From Candidatus Poribacteria bacterium (GTDB lineage Bacteria; Poribacteria; WGA-4E; WGA-3G): a stretch of DNA of 64,000 bases. The number at the start of each line of letters is the position of its first letter. Within the stretch, counting starts at the first letter, position 1. The notes below the pieces were generated by a model, which saw only the letters and a program-made list of their open reading frames with translations, ran no database searches and had not been told where the DNA came from. Shown one piece after another: positions 39,772-52,583 of the stretch. Position numbers and translations under genes: made by a program. Location of the stretch: NCBI GenBank assembly GCA_965205015.1, contig OZ242029.1:5120001-5184000 (forward strand). The letters are read 5' to 3'.

Positions 39772-41661
39772 GTGAACCGTCAACTCTCGCCTCTCAGTTT
39801 GAAAGCGGTTTGCATCGGGCTCCTGCTAATTCCAGCGAATGCGATGTGGCAGATGATGGGGCTGCGGTGGGACATCGCGCACATGTCGATGATCTCGCTG
39901 CTCTATAACACGATTACATTGCTGTTCGTGCTGACGATTGTGAACCGCTTCACGAGAAAATATTCGCCGCATCTCTCGCTTTCCACTGCCGAACTCCTGA
40001 CGATCTATGTCATGTTGTGCCTTTCGACCGCTATCGGGGGGCACATGTGCGTGCAGATTCTCCTCCCGATTATTAGTTACGCCTTCGCTTATGCCACACC
40101 GGAGAACGATTGGCAGTCCCTGTTTTGGCACTATGTCCCCTCATGGACCTCGGTCACCGATAAACGCGGACTCGCCAATTTTTTCGATGGGGGTTCCACG
40201 TTCTATCCGCACTTCGAGGCGTGGCGCACCCCTTTGTTGTGGTGGGGACTCTTTCTCGCAGCACTCTTTTCGGTGATGCTCAGTATCAACTTCATCTTCC
40301 GAAGGCAGTGGACGGAAAATGAGAAGTTGAGTTATCCGCTAATCCAATTGCCACTGGCGATGGCGAATCCGAGGAGCGGGTTCTTCCGTAGCAAGGCGAT
40401 GTGGATCGGGTTCGCTGTTGCGGCGGGTATCGATCTCCTCAACGGGATCAATTACCTGTTCCCGCAAGTGCCGCGACTCAGTGGGATCCGTGCGTATGAC
40501 ATCGCCGATTTCTTCACCGTCCGTCCATGGAACGCCATTACGTGGTTCCCGATTGGCATTTATCCATTTGCCGTTGGATTGGCGTTCTTCATGCCGTTGG
40601 AGCTGTCCTTTTCCTGTTGGTTCTTTTATCTGTATTGGCAGGCGTTCCGTGTGTTAGGAAGTGCCGTCGGTCTGTCGGCACCCTTCCCGTATGCGGCGGA
40701 GCAATCTTTTGGGGCATATCTCGGTATCGGTTTGGTGGCGGTGTGGAGCGCGCGCCGCTACTTAACCCAAGTGCTTCGAAGATTATTTGGTATGCAGTCT
40801 TCGTTTAAAGATCAGGACGAACCGATCTCTTACCGTGCGGCGGTGGTATGGATGCTGTTGAGCATGGTGTTCCTGGTTGGGTTCTGTTACAAACTCGGGA
40901 TGTCGTTGTGGGTCATCGCGACTTTCTTTGGACTCTTCTTCGGGTTGGCGACGGGGATTACACGGATGCGCGCCGAACTCGGTTCACCGGTTCACGACCA
41001 GCATTATGCGGGTCCCGATAGGATGATGTATTCAGTCTTCGGTGCGAAACGGCTCGGTGCGAGTAATCTGACGGGGTTGGCGTATCTCTACTTTTTCAAT
41101 CGTGCCTACGATTGCCTGTTGATGCCGCATCATCTGGAGGGTTTGAAGATAGCCGAGCGCGCTGACATCGAAAACAAGACCTTCGCGAAGGCGGTGATTG
41201 TTGCGATCGGTGTCAGCATCGTCGCGACGATCTGGGCATATCTGCATGTCTCGTATCAGGACGGGGTCTATACGGCGTGGGCTGGCAGAGAGACGTTCAG
41301 TCGGCTCGGTAGGCGGCTCGTCCAACCTGCGGGTCCCGATACTGCAGTGCTGAGTGCAGTGAGTGTTGGGACAGTAATGGCGATTCTCTTGGCTTTTCTA
41401 CGGGGACGGTGGATGTGGATGCCGTTCCATCCGGCGGGTTATGCCGTCACCAGCACCTTCACGATGAATTTCTTCTGGTTCTCGCTCCTTGTGAGTTTCA
41501 TTCTGAAATGGATTATTACCAAACACGGTGGCATCGGTGGTTTTCGGAGGGCGGCACCCTTTTTCCTCGGTCTCGTGTTGGGTGAGTTCGTCGTGACGAC
41601 CTTCTGGGGCACGGTGGCGATTCTGTTTCGGGTGGAGACCTACATTACGATTAATTTGTGA
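39772..41661 (+). CDS. Polytopic membrane protein (DUF6785/DUF6784-like, putative transporter)
   Basis: ELL.IYVM, RQW.E.EKLSYPL.QLP, RMRAELG.P, PFHP.GY motifs; many TM helices. Confidence 0.7.
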   Translation: MNRQLSPLSLKAVCIGLLLIPANAMWQMMGLRWDIAHMSMISLLYNTITLLFVLTIVNRFTRKYSPHLSLSTAELLTIYVMLCLSTAIGGHMCVQILLPIISYAFAYATPENDWQSLFWHYVPSWTSVTDKRGLANFFDGGSTFYPHFEAWRTPLLWWGLFLAALFSVMLSINFIFRRQWTENEKLSYPLIQLPLAMANPRSGFFRSKAMWIGFAVAAGIDLLNGINYLFPQVPRLSGIRAYDIADFFTVRPWNAITWFPIGIYPFAVGLAFFMPLELSFSCWFFYLYWQAFRVLGSAVGLSAPFPYAAEQSFGAYLGIGLVAVWSARRYLTQVLRRLFGMQSSFKDQDEPISYRAAVVWMLLSMVFLVGFCYKLGMSLWVIATFFGLFFGLATGITRMRAELGSPVHDQHYAGPDRMMYSVFGAKRLGASNLTGLAYLYFFNRAYDCLLMPHHLEGLKIAERADIENKTFAKAVIVAIGVSIVATIWAYLHVSYQDGVYTAWAGRETFSRLGRRLVQPAGPDTAVLSAVSVGTVMAILLAFLRGRWMWMPFHPAGYAVTSTFTMNFFWFSLLVSFILKWIITKHGGIGGFRRAAPFFLGLVLGEFVVTTFWGTVAILFRVETYITINL

Positions 41662-41748
41662 TACCACTGACGGCAGCGTGCCACTGACATTTTCCTTGAC
41701 ATCCGAAAATCAACATGCTTTACTATAAGTAGAAAAAAGGGAGTCATC

Positions 41749-42225
41749 ATGAAAACTGTTTTGCTTTTCATACTATTCTGTGCACTCGCTCTACCGGCTC
41801 TCGGTGAATTAACCGATGCCGATCTGGATAAAATTCGCTTGATTGTCCAAGAAGAAATCAAGAAGGAGACCACTTCATTAAAAACGGAGTTTAAAAACGA
41901 GATTGCTACAACTAACGAAAAAATTGATGGATTAGATGAACGTCTGCGAACCGTAGAAGCGGATGTTTCGGAAATCAAGGGTTATCAAACAGGGCACGAA
42001 TCTGGCACAGAGACAAAGATAAGTTGGATTATTGCCATTACTTCAATTGTAGCTGCGGTTGTTGCCTTTGGTGCCCTAATTGCGAATCAAATGAAAAAAG
42101 ACTCACCCTTAGAGACACTCTCAAAGGTAATAGTAGATTTAAGCGAAAAGAAATCATCTACTGCTGAAGTTGAGAAAGATGACATAGAGAACACAATCAC
42201 CGGGCAGGTTCCTCCGCAACAATAG
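41749..42225 (+). CDS. Small secreted/membrane coiled-coil protein (ELTDADLDKIRLIV family)
   Basis: N-terminus shared with 12192..12578; GGGAG RBS. Confidence 0.75.
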   Translation: MKTVLLFILFCALALPALGELTDADLDKIRLIVQEEIKKETTSLKTEFKNEIATTNEKIDGLDERLRTVEADVSEIKGYQTGHESGTETKISWIIAITSIVAAVVAFGALIANQMKKDSPLETLSKVIVDLSEKKSSTAEVEKDDIENTITGQVPPQQ

Positions 42226-42338
42226 CGGATACCGATGTCTCCCCCGCGATCATTGCCTCTACCACCTTTGATAGTGATTCTTGTTTCTTGCCTCCTTCCG
42301 GCTGAAGAGGATGTCAATATAGGAACTTGGACGTGGTC

Positions 42339-42881
42339 ATGAAAGTTTTGGTCGGTTCTGAAAATCCAGTGAAAATTCAGAGCGTGCGGGACGGTTTTTT
42401 AACATTTTTCGAACACGTAGAGGTCGAAGGTATATCCGTTGATACGGGTGTTCCGCATCAACCTATGAATGATGAGACATTTGAGGGTGCCAAAAATCGC
42501 GCCGAGAACATCAAGCGCATCAATGATCAGCAGAACCTCGACGCGACGTTTTTTGTCGGAATTGAAGGCGGCGTTCTTCAACTGCAGGATAGGTGGTTTA
42601 GTGTGAATGTCGTTTATATTTTAGATCAACAGAATCGAGACAGCTTTGCCACAACGGGACTTTATGAATTGCCCAGTGCGCTATCGAAGGAACTTTTGAT
42701 GAAAAAAGACTTAGGACATGCGATTGCTGTTCTTGCCAATGATAGCTTCACTGCACGCGAGCGCGGCACTGTTGGATTTCTGACAGATGGTAAGATTGAT
42801 AGGTTCCAAAATCAGGTCCAAGGCGTCACTTTAGCATTAATCCCTTTTCTTAATGACCATCTTTATTTTCCTTCTTCCTGA
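42339..42881 (+). CDS. yjjX: Inosine/xanthosine triphosphatase (YjjX/NTPase_I-T)
   Basis: VGSENPVK, GV..QP...ET..GA.NRA, VGIEGG, G.VG.LT.G. Confidence 0.85.
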   Translation: MKVLVGSENPVKIQSVRDGFLTFFEHVEVEGISVDTGVPHQPMNDETFEGAKNRAENIKRINDQQNLDATFFVGIEGGVLQLQDRWFSVNVVYILDQQNRDSFATTGLYELPSALSKELLMKKDLGHAIAVLANDSFTARERGTVGFLTDGKIDRFQNQVQGVTLALIPFLNDHLYFPSS

Positions 42882-42972
42882 TAGGCGGCACGGGTTTTGA
42901 GGGAAGGTAGAACGGTAGGCGAGGTTAGGAAACCTCGCCAGCGAAGGGTGTGGCGCACTGCCCACGAGCGAT

Positions 42973-44052
42973 TTAATCTATTTCCCATTCGTTCAAACCG
43001 AGTGGCACAGGATCAGGCCGTTCCGTCGTGCTTTCAATAAGGACGTGTTCACCGGTTTCCGAGGATTTATCAAATGCGAGCATCACCTCAAGCACATGGT
43101 ATGCCAATGTTCCGTTTGCGCGGTGTGTGCGTCCTGAACGGATAGCGGATACCATGTCAATCACTCCGATCATCCGAGCATTGTTCGGATAAGGGATTTC
43201 CACCTGTTCCCAATCGCCGCCTGCGGGACAGACATTTACGGGACCCCCAAATCCGTTCGGATCGGGGACGGTCATTGAGCCGGTTTCGCCGTAGATTTCG
43301 ATGCAGGGTAAACTCTGTCGCCACATATCGAAACTCATGATTGTCGTGACGATCGTCCCGTTTTCAAATTCCAGCGTACCTGTGAGATGCGTTGTAATTT
43401 TGACAGGGATTTTCATGCCATTTAACGCTTCACTCGTTGCGATCCGTTCCGCAAACCCCTTGCCCGTAATCGCGGCGACACGCTTGACGGGACCGAGGAG
43501 GTTGACGAGGGCTGTCATATAGTAGGGTCCCATATCCAGCATCGGACCCCCACCGATGTCGTAAAAAAACGCAGGATTCGGGTGCCAGCCTTCGGGCCCG
43601 TGTCCACACATGAACGCACTCCCGGCAATAGGTCTCCCAATTTTCCCAGAATCCAATGTTTGCCTTGATGTTTGGATACCTGCACCGAGGAAGGTGTCGG
43701 GGGCTGAACCGACGCGGCGTCCTTTTTCTGCGGCGGTATCAATCAGTTGTTTTCCGCTCTCGGTGTCCACGCCGAGCGGTTTTTCGCTGTAGACGTGTTT
43801 ACCTGATTCTAAGACTTGCAAGCCGACATCTACGTGCGCTCTCGGAATCGTGAGATTCACGACGAGTTCGATCTCATCATCAGCGAGCAATTCGTCAACG
43901 GTGCGTGCCTCGCAGTTGTATTTCTCGGCTTGTGCGTGTGCGGCTTCCATTCGGAGGTCGGCACAGGCTTTGATTTCTAAGATGTCAGTTTTTCGGGCGC
44001 CCTCAAAATAGGCACCACTGATGACGCCACACCCAATAATTCCGATTTTCAT
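42973..44052 (-). CDS. Gfo/Idh/MocA family oxidoreductase
   Basis: GIIGCGVIS Rossmann motif, KHVYSEKP, APDTFLG, GGGPMLDMGPYY. Confidence 0.92.
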   Translation of the reverse strand: MKIGIIGCGVISGAYFEGARKTDILEIKACADLRMEAAHAQAEKYNCEARTVDELLADDEIELVVNLTIPRAHVDVGLQVLESGKHVYSEKPLGVDTESGKQLIDTAAEKGRRVGSAPDTFLGAGIQTSRQTLDSGKIGRPIAGSAFMCGHGPEGWHPNPAFFYDIGGGPMLDMGPYYMTALVNLLGPVKRVAAITGKGFAERIATSEALNGMKIPVKITTHLTGTLEFENGTIVTTIMSFDMWRQSLPCIEIYGETGSMTVPDPNGFGGPVNVCPAGGDWEQVEIPYPNNARMIGVIDMVSAIRSGRTHRANGTLAYHVLEVMLAFDKSSETGEHVLIESTTERPDPVPLGLNEWEID

Positions 44053-44304
44053 TTTTTAGTATTACCTTTCAGGGGCTTTAGTACAGGTATGATTCTCCAG
44101 TGCGGTTAGAAACCGCCCCTACTGGGCTTGGGAAATCGGATTGATATAGTTCAATCAATCTCCCATTCCTTAGAATTCAGGACTTACGCACAATTGGCTT
44201 CTATGCCAAAATTGAGGTGATATTCCCGAAGAAAGCGCAATAAATTGCGCTACTATGAACCAAAGACGGCACAAAAACAGGGAAACTGCGTAAGTCCTAA
44301 GAAT

Positions 44305-44421
44305 TATAGTAAAGTTTAGAATTAATTAGACACTTTAAAGAGGCGAGGATACAATCCTCGCCAGCGGCGGAGAGGATTGTTTCGCTAAGCAACTGTCTAC
44401 ATATTTTTCGACTTTACTATA
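44305..44421. mobile_element. MITE-like element with imperfect terminal inverted repeats enclosing a REP palindrome
   Basis: TATAGTAAAGT..TAGACA / TGTCTA..ACTTTACTATA ends; related element at ~45212-45328. Confidence 0.55.
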
Positions 44422-44474
44422 AAAGTAGTAGGCACACGCTGTGTGCCGCAACATATTCATCTCCTAACTGCGAT

Positions 44475-45146
44475 CTAACTTGGCAAAAATACAGCAACAA
44501 ACGTTGTATCAAGACTAATTCTGAATAGCCAAATGCTGAGTGCTACGAAAAGAGCTTTGGTTTTACTGACTTCTGCGAAGATATGGATACCGATTGTTAG
44601 GACAAAAACATACCATACAGCTACCGGGTTTACGTAGGCAAGAAACATTAAAAGGTGTTTATTTTGGAGGGATCCCGCCAACAGGTGCAACCCTGGAATA
44701 ACTCTTGCGTCTATTGTTGTATGGATTTCTTCAATATCTCTAAAAACTGGGAGTAGTCCTGCATTCACAAGAAATGTCATTGTCCGAATCAGCATGATAT
44801 GGAAAAAGGCTGCGCAGATATGTTTGAATTTTATGGCACTCTTTATCTTTACTATTTTGGCTGTGAGCGTGAGAACGACACTCAATAAAATTGCCATTAA
44901 GATCGTGTAAGCCATCGAAAATACCGTAATAGATACAACAGAGAGTGTTTTGCTATATGACGGGGTATCAACGGCGCGCACAGCGAGAAGTTTCTGCGTA
45001 TATGGCAGAAGTGTCCACGCTAATATAAAAGAAAGGATACAATAGATCGTGAATACAGTTACCCACTTTGGCTCGGATTTCAGGCGTGTAAACGCTGCCG
45101 TGGGGTTTATAATAATGTCAACGACGTTTTTTAAGCTATCTTTCAT
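44475..45146 (-). CDS. Yip1-domain membrane protein
   Basis: IIINPTAAF..LK..P.W N-terminus, ~5 TM helices, NP..W; low GC. Confidence 0.75.
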   Translation of the reverse strand: MKDSLKNVVDIIINPTAAFTRLKSEPKWVTVFTIYCILSFILAWTLLPYTQKLLAVRAVDTPSYSKTLSVVSITVFSMAYTILMAILLSVVLTLTAKIVKIKSAIKFKHICAAFFHIMLIRTMTFLVNAGLLPVFRDIEEIHTTIDARVIPGLHLLAGSLQNKHLLMFLAYVNPVAVWYVFVLTIGIHIFAEVSKTKALFVALSIWLFRISLDTTFVAVFLPS

Positions 45147-45328
45147 AGCGTAGTAACTTCGGGGGTAGGTATCTAAAATTCAAAGATAGAAAAGATTGGT
45201 AAATTTCCCATTTATAGTAAGTCCCACAATTACGTGGACACTGGGGCGAGGTTAGAAACCTCGCCAGCGGGATGCAGGATGGTGCTGCTACTCCTTGAGG
45301 TGTTAACTTATTTTTCGACTTTGCTATA

Positions 45329-45627
45329 ATCGATTTCCCATTCATTCAAACCCGTAGGGATAGGATCAGGTCGTTCCGTTGTGCTTTCGATGACGACGTG
45401 TTCGCCGGTTTCCGAGGATTTATCGAAGGCGCACATCACCTCAAGCACGTGGTATGCCAACGCGCCGTTTGCGCGGTGCATGCGTGGGAGTTGTATTTCT
45501 CGGCTTGTGCCTGCGCCGCTTCCATTCGGAGGTCAGCGCAGGCTTTGATCGCTAAGAGTTCGGTTTTTCGGGCGCCTTCAAAATAGGCACTGCTAATCGT
45601 GCCGCACCCAATAATTCCAATTTTCAT
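45329..45627 (-). pseudogene. Internally deleted duplicate of the Gfo/Idh/MocA gene
   Basis: First ~50 codons joined to the last ~50 codons (frameshifted) relative to 42973..44052. Confidence 0.88.
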
Positions 45628-45644
45628 TTTTTTCCTATGAACTC

Positions 45645-47636
<1,992 letters not shown>

Positions 47637-47807
47637 TCAGTTTGCATTTATGTTAATTGTCTGGGCATCTGTTGCAAGTCATTTTGCGGTGTCGCTTTCC
47701 ACACCGCACGTAATATATTCACTTGAAAAAAAGATGAATCTCTGTTCCATTTAACATACTAACATAAGTTCTACATTTTCGCAAGTCGTATGAGATCGGT
47801 CAAAAAG

Positions 47808-49167
47808 GTCACTTACCCCCATTTTTTTCTGAAGGTTTGTGGTGAAAGGTTTTTGTTGTAAAAAGTGTGAGAAAGTCAGTGGGTTTATGATAAAATACCT
47901 CCTTACGGCAACCGTTTGTAATCGAGTTTACAAAACATGTAAGGAGGTATTTTATGAAAAAGAGATACCCAAAACGGGTAAATCCAGAAACAATGATAGC
48001 ACGTTTTGGAGAAATCTTCAAGTCTGTTGGTATGAAAAAACCGGTTTTTCGGAATCTGGTGTTGGTCTTGATAGCGATCAGTGTTGCCCCGACGTTTCGG
48101 ATCAATGAAATTGCGTCGCGTTTGTCGCTCGTCGTCAAGCGGGAAAAGTCGAAACAGAAAAGGTTTCTGCGTTTCCTTGACACCCCGTTGCCTGTGGATG
48201 CGCTGAAACGTGCTTGGTTTGTGTCGGTTGTAGGTTGGTTTTCCAAGGATGCCAACGCTCATCTGTATTTGCTCGTTGATGAGACGTCTCTGATTGCCGG
48301 GTGGAAAGCACTTGTTGTTTCGATCCCGTTTCGGCATCGTGCGATCCCTGTCTTTTGGTTCATCTATAGCGATCAACAGCTTCACGAGGGTATCTATAAG
48401 AGTCATAATGAAATCATCCAATACTTCTGTGTTCATGTTTATCAAGAGGCTTTAGGGGTCGTGTCGCGGCATCAACAACGACCTGTTCTGGTGTTTGACC
48501 GTGGTTTTGGGCGTGCGCGATACGTCATCAAGTTTCTCAAGGCACGGGATATTGCGTTCGTGATGCGTGTTGCGAGGCATGTCGGTATCAGGCATGATGG
48601 GAGTCTGAAGAAACTTGATGACCTTGAAGCGGGCTGGTATCCGTATATCCTTTATCAGTCGCAGGAGCAGATACCGCTTCAACTTTATATCCTCAGAGAC
48701 GGTGCCTTTAAAGACCCGATGTATCTTATCTCAAATCGCCTCAGTGGACATCAGATACATCACTGCTACAAAAGACGCATGCAGATTGAACACGGGTTCC
48801 GAGATATAAAGTCGTGCTTCGGCTTTGGCAAACTCGTCTTGAAAAAACCGACACAAACGCGTCTGGATGTTCTCTGGCTGTGTGCCTGCTTGGCTTATGG
48901 ATTGGTGTTTATCAGTTATGAGAAGGTCGCCTCTACACACTGGCAGAAGGCACATAATAGTAATAACAGAAAAACTTTTTCTGTTATTACTATTATCAAA
49001 CGCGTGCTCACCGACTTATGGAACCAACATTTTCTCATCTCCTTTTTCACGCAGATACATTCCAGGGGCGATCCGCCTTGGGAAACCCTTGGAAACTGAC
49101 TTTCTCGCATACAAACCTGATGGCATCAACTACAATCTACTCTCGAAAAAAAATGGGGGTAAGTGAC
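47808..49167 (+). mobile_element. Complete IS4-family-like insertion sequence with 21-bp TIRs and 9-bp target duplication
   Basis: TIR GTCACTTACCCCCATTTTTTT at both ends; GTCAAAAAG duplicated at 47799-47807 and 49168-49176. Confidence 0.92.
47954..49099 (+). CDS. DDE transposase (IS4-like)
   Basis: VDET, VFDRGF, Y.RR.QIE..FRD.KS (YREK signature). Confidence 0.92.
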   Translation: MKKRYPKRVNPETMIARFGEIFKSVGMKKPVFRNLVLVLIAISVAPTFRINEIASRLSLVVKREKSKQKRFLRFLDTPLPVDALKRAWFVSVVGWFSKDANAHLYLLVDETSLIAGWKALVVSIPFRHRAIPVFWFIYSDQQLHEGIYKSHNEIIQYFCVHVYQEALGVVSRHQQRPVLVFDRGFGRARYVIKFLKARDIAFVMRVARHVGIRHDGSLKKLDDLEAGWYPYILYQSQEQIPLQLYILRDGAFKDPMYLISNRLSGHQIHHCYKRRMQIEHGFRDIKSCFGFGKLVLKKPTQTRLDVLWLCACLAYGLVFISYEKVASTHWQKAHNSNNRKTFSVITIIKRVLTDLWNQHFLISFFTQIHSRGDPPWETLGN

Positions 49168-49179
49168 GTCAAAAAGGCG

Positions 49180-49208
49180 TTGGCAATTGTCTGAAAATAG
49201 AGTATAAT
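49180..49208 (+). promoter_or_regulatory. sigma70-like promoter
   Basis: TTGGCA-N17-TATAAT just outside the IS right end. Confidence 0.6.
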
Positions 49209-49316
49209 TAATATTACCGTCGTGGGTGGGAATGCATCCGTATTGGGGATATTCTTGGTATAAACTGATATTGAAACCGTCTTGGGCGCGACACAAACTG
49301 CCTGGAGATATTCAGC

Positions 49317-50117
49317 ATGAAACAGCAAAAGCCTCGGAGACCGGCGCGTAATTTTACGATCAGAAAAGGTGGCTACATCACCAAATCCCAACTCGGAAAA
49401 CGTGGCACGATTCTCTCTGAATCCCAACTCCATGATTTTGAAGTCGAAAGAAAATTAGGGAGAACGGTGGATGGCGTTACTGTGATTACAGTCGAGGATT
49501 TAAACGCGGTTCGGCTCTTTCGTTACAACGATATCGAGAAGGCAGAAAAAGAATTGATGCTTGAGAATTTCCACAATGTCTCAATGCGAAAGAAATTCTG
49601 TGAGATTTGGAATATAGAAATGGAAGTGCATCCCGACACCCACTTTTCGCATGAAGAATTGTTGAGGCGTGGACATTGGACCCCCGAACGCGTAGAGAGG
49701 TTCTTGTCGTGTGAGTCTTTCTCTATGACTTTTTTAGGGGGACGTTTAACCTATCCAGTTTATCTAAAATCCGATGTCCGCAAAGTCGAACGTTCAGACG
49801 ATTACAAAATATTATGGCAAACCGAAAAGCAGCAGAGAATTGCAGCACGCAAAGCAGCGCGTGAGAAAGAAAAAATCACCCAGACACGGCTCATCTCTGA
49901 ACGTGGCTGGACAAAAGGTCTCATCAACGAATTGTTAGGCGAACCCGATGTTTTTCTGGATAACCCGCATTATAAATCTGCAGCGCCGATGCGCCTGTAC
50001 TTCCTGGATCGTGTGAAACACATTGAACAGACGAGTGATGTGTTTAAATCGCGGCGTAAGGATCGGCGAAAATCCGCCATCAAGAAAAGAAACCAGCCGA
50101 ATTATCCGAGCGTTTAG
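49317..50117 (+). CDS. Hypothetical basic protein with repeated L..RG(H)WT...(V/I)..(F/L)L...Y....V...E modules
   Basis: 266-aa ORF with GGAG RBS; internal repeat visible. Confidence 0.7.
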   Translation: MKQQKPRRPARNFTIRKGGYITKSQLGKRGTILSESQLHDFEVERKLGRTVDGVTVITVEDLNAVRLFRYNDIEKAEKELMLENFHNVSMRKKFCEIWNIEMEVHPDTHFSHEELLRRGHWTPERVERFLSCESFSMTFLGGRLTYPVYLKSDVRKVERSDDYKILWQTEKQQRIAARKAAREKEKITQTRLISERGWTKGLINELLGEPDVFLDNPHYKSAAPMRLYFLDRVKHIEQTSDVFKSRRKDRRKSAIKKRNQPNYPSV

Positions 50118-50195
50118 TGAAACTTAACCCAAATTGCGACTCACAGAATTTTAGGTATACAGCCCCTATAAAACCGTAATTTGTCAAAAAAGCAA

Positions 50196-50224
50196 TTGAC
50201 AGATGACAGCGTTGTTGCTATGAT
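50196..50224 (+). promoter_or_regulatory. sigma70-like promoter of glcB
   Basis: TTGACA-N17-TATGAT. Confidence 0.65.
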
Positions 50225-50317
50225 AATTGACAACTGCGGTAAAAGTTGTTGCCGGTGCAACGAAGCATCGGCGAACGGAGATCTAACACCTTATAGCACC
50301 TCGGAATGGAGAAAAGC

Positions 50318-52501
50318 ATGGGAAACCGGATTGAAATCGGTAATCTCAGGATAGATGAAGATTTGTATGCATTGGTAAGAGACGAGATCGCACCCGGCAC
50401 CGGCGTAGCGGCGGATGCCTTCTGGAAAGCGTTGGGCGACATCGTTGCGGCGTTCGCATCAGAAAACAAGGCACTCTTGGAGAAACGAGATACGCTCCAG
50501 CAGCAGATCGACGAGTGGCATTTGGCGCGCAAAGATGCGCCCTTGGATGGTGAGGCGTATTCGGCGTTTCTTACGGACATAGGGTATCTGCTCCCGGAAG
50601 GACGGGATTTTACTGTGATTACCGAAGACGTTGACACAGAGATTTCGCTCATCTCGGGTCCGCAATTGGTTGTCCCGACTGATAATGCGCGCTATGCCTT
50701 AAACGCCGCGAACGCGCGCTGGGGAAGCCTTTACGATGCACTCTACGGCACCGATGTCATTGATGAATCGGATGGGGCGACACGCGGAACGACCTATAAC
50801 CCGATCCGAGGTAAGAAAGTCATCGACTATACCGAAAATTTTTTAGATGAAATGACGGAACTTGAAATTGGGAGTTTCTCTGACGTTACGGAATTTTCCC
50901 TAAAAACCGTTCATGATGAGCAACAGTTACGGGCAACTCTCGGTGATGGCAGCGAGGTCGGCTTAGCGGATCCGACCAAGTTTGTAGGGTTTACGCAGAC
51001 CGATGGCGAACTCAATGCGATTCTGCTGCGAAACCACGGATTGCACATTGAAATACAGATAGACCGAGAGCATCCCGTTGGAAAGGCACATTCCGCTGGT
51101 GTGGTTGATGTTATCCTTGAATCCGCAATTACGACAATTCAGGATTGTGAGGATTCCGTTGCGGCGGTGGATGCGGCGGACAAGGTGCGCGTCTATAGCA
51201 ACTGGAACGGTATCATGAAGGGGACGCTGGAGACAACGTTCGAGAAAAACGGCGAAATGCTGACCCGTCGCCTTGAACCGGATAAGACGTTTACCGCGCC
51301 CGATGGAAGTACGGTAACGCTACCGGGCAGAAGTCTGCTTCTGATCCGGAACGTTGGGCTCCACATGTATACGGATGCTGTCACGACGGCAGAAGGGGAC
51401 GAAATTCCGGAGGGCATCCTTGATGCCATGGTAACGAGTTTCGCCGCAATGCATGACCTGCAGGGCAACAGTCTCCGCACCAATAGCAAAACGGGGAGTA
51501 TCTACATCGTCAAGCCGAAGTTTCACGGACCCGAAGAGGTAGATATGACGATTCGGTTGTTTGAGTGGATTGAATCGGCACTTGGACTTCCGACGAATAC
51601 TATTAAAATTGGGATCATGGATGAGGAACGCCGGACGACTGTGAATCTCAAGGAAGCGATCCGAATTGCACAGGAACGCCTCGTCTTTATTAACACCGGA
51701 TTTTTGGATAGAACCGGCGATGAGATCCATACGAGTATGGAAGCGGGACCGATGATTCCCAAAATGGACATCCGCGACGAACCCTGGATGATCGCTTATG
51801 AGGATTGGAACGTCGATATCGGGATTGAAACGGCGTTGCTCGGCACTGCACAGATTGGGAAGGGGATGTGGACGAAACCGGATCAGATGGCAGAAATGGT
51901 CGAAACGAAGATGAATCACCCGTTGGCGGGAGCGACGACGGCGTGGGTGCCATCACCGACAGCCGCAACACTTCATGCGATGCACTATCACCGGGTTGAC
52001 GTTGCAAACTGGATAAAGGAGTTGTCGGCGAGGCAACGTGCGAGTTTGGCGGACTTACTCACACCGCCACTGTTGAAAGATCGCCAGCTGCACCCCGATG
52101 AAATTCAGCGTGAGTTGGATAACAACGCGCAAGGTATCTTGGGATACGTCGTCCGATGGGTGGATCAAGGGATCGGCTGCTCAAAAATACCCGATATTAA
52201 CAACGTCGGCTTGATGGAAGATAGGGCAACGCTGCGGATTTCGAGTCAACACATTGCGAATTGGCTGCACCACGGGATCGTTACGAAGGAACAGGTAACC
52301 GAAACGTTCCAACGGATGGCGAAGATCGTTGACGAGCAGAACGCCGGTGACCCGAATTATCGGGATATGGCACCAAACTACGATCAGAGTATCGCATTCC
52401 AAGCAGCTTTGGACCTTGTGTTCAAGGGGTGTGAGTTACCAAACGGGTATACCGAATTTGTACTGCATCCACGGCGGCGAGAAGTCAAAGCGGGCGGTTA
52501 A
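50318..52501 (+). CDS. glcB: Malate synthase G
   Basis: [63 protein letters not shown]. Confidence 0.97.
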   Translation: MGNRIEIGNLRIDEDLYALVRDEIAPGTGVAADAFWKALGDIVAAFASENKALLEKRDTLQQQIDEWHLARKDAPLDGEAYSAFLTDIGYLLPEGRDFTVITEDVDTEISLISGPQLVVPTDNARYALNAANARWGSLYDALYGTDVIDESDGATRGTTYNPIRGKKVIDYTENFLDEMTELEIGSFSDVTEFSLKTVHDEQQLRATLGDGSEVGLADPTKFVGFTQTDGELNAILLRNHGLHIEIQIDREHPVGKAHSAGVVDVILESAITTIQDCEDSVAAVDAADKVRVYSNWNGIMKGTLETTFEKNGEMLTRRLEPDKTFTAPDGSTVTLPGRSLLLIRNVGLHMYTDAVTTAEGDEIPEGILDAMVTSFAAMHDLQGNSLRTNSKTGSIYIVKPKFHGPEEVDMTIRLFEWIESALGLPTNTIKIGIMDEERRTTVNLKEAIRIAQERLVFINTGFLDRTGDEIHTSMEAGPMIPKMDIRDEPWMIAYEDWNVDIGIETALLGTAQIGKGMWTKPDQMAEMVETKMNHPLAGATTAWVPSPTAATLHAMHYHRVDVANWIKELSARQRASLADLLTPPLLKDRQLHPDEIQRELDNNAQGILGYVVRWVDQGIGCSKIPDINNVGLMEDRATLRISSQHIANWLHHGIVTKEQVTETFQRMAKIVDEQNAGDPNYRDMAPNYDQSIAFQAALDLVFKGCELPNGYTEFVLHPRRREVKAGG

Positions 52502-52583
52502 TAGTCGTAAGCGCAGAGAATTGAAAGATAAAAGAAGGGAAGGGTGAACAAGCACCCTTCCCTTTTCTTTTTCGGAATTTCTT

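Noticed and set aside
47808-49167. CRISPR-associated transposon linking the I-D system with transposases
   Set aside because: No tnsABC/tniQ; the IS elements are simple, separately bounded and distant from the cas genes.
50225-50317. Glycine riboswitch upstream of malate synthase
   Set aside because: One hairpin is present, but the CCGAAG and CUCAGG/UUCAGG core elements are missing and the leader is short.
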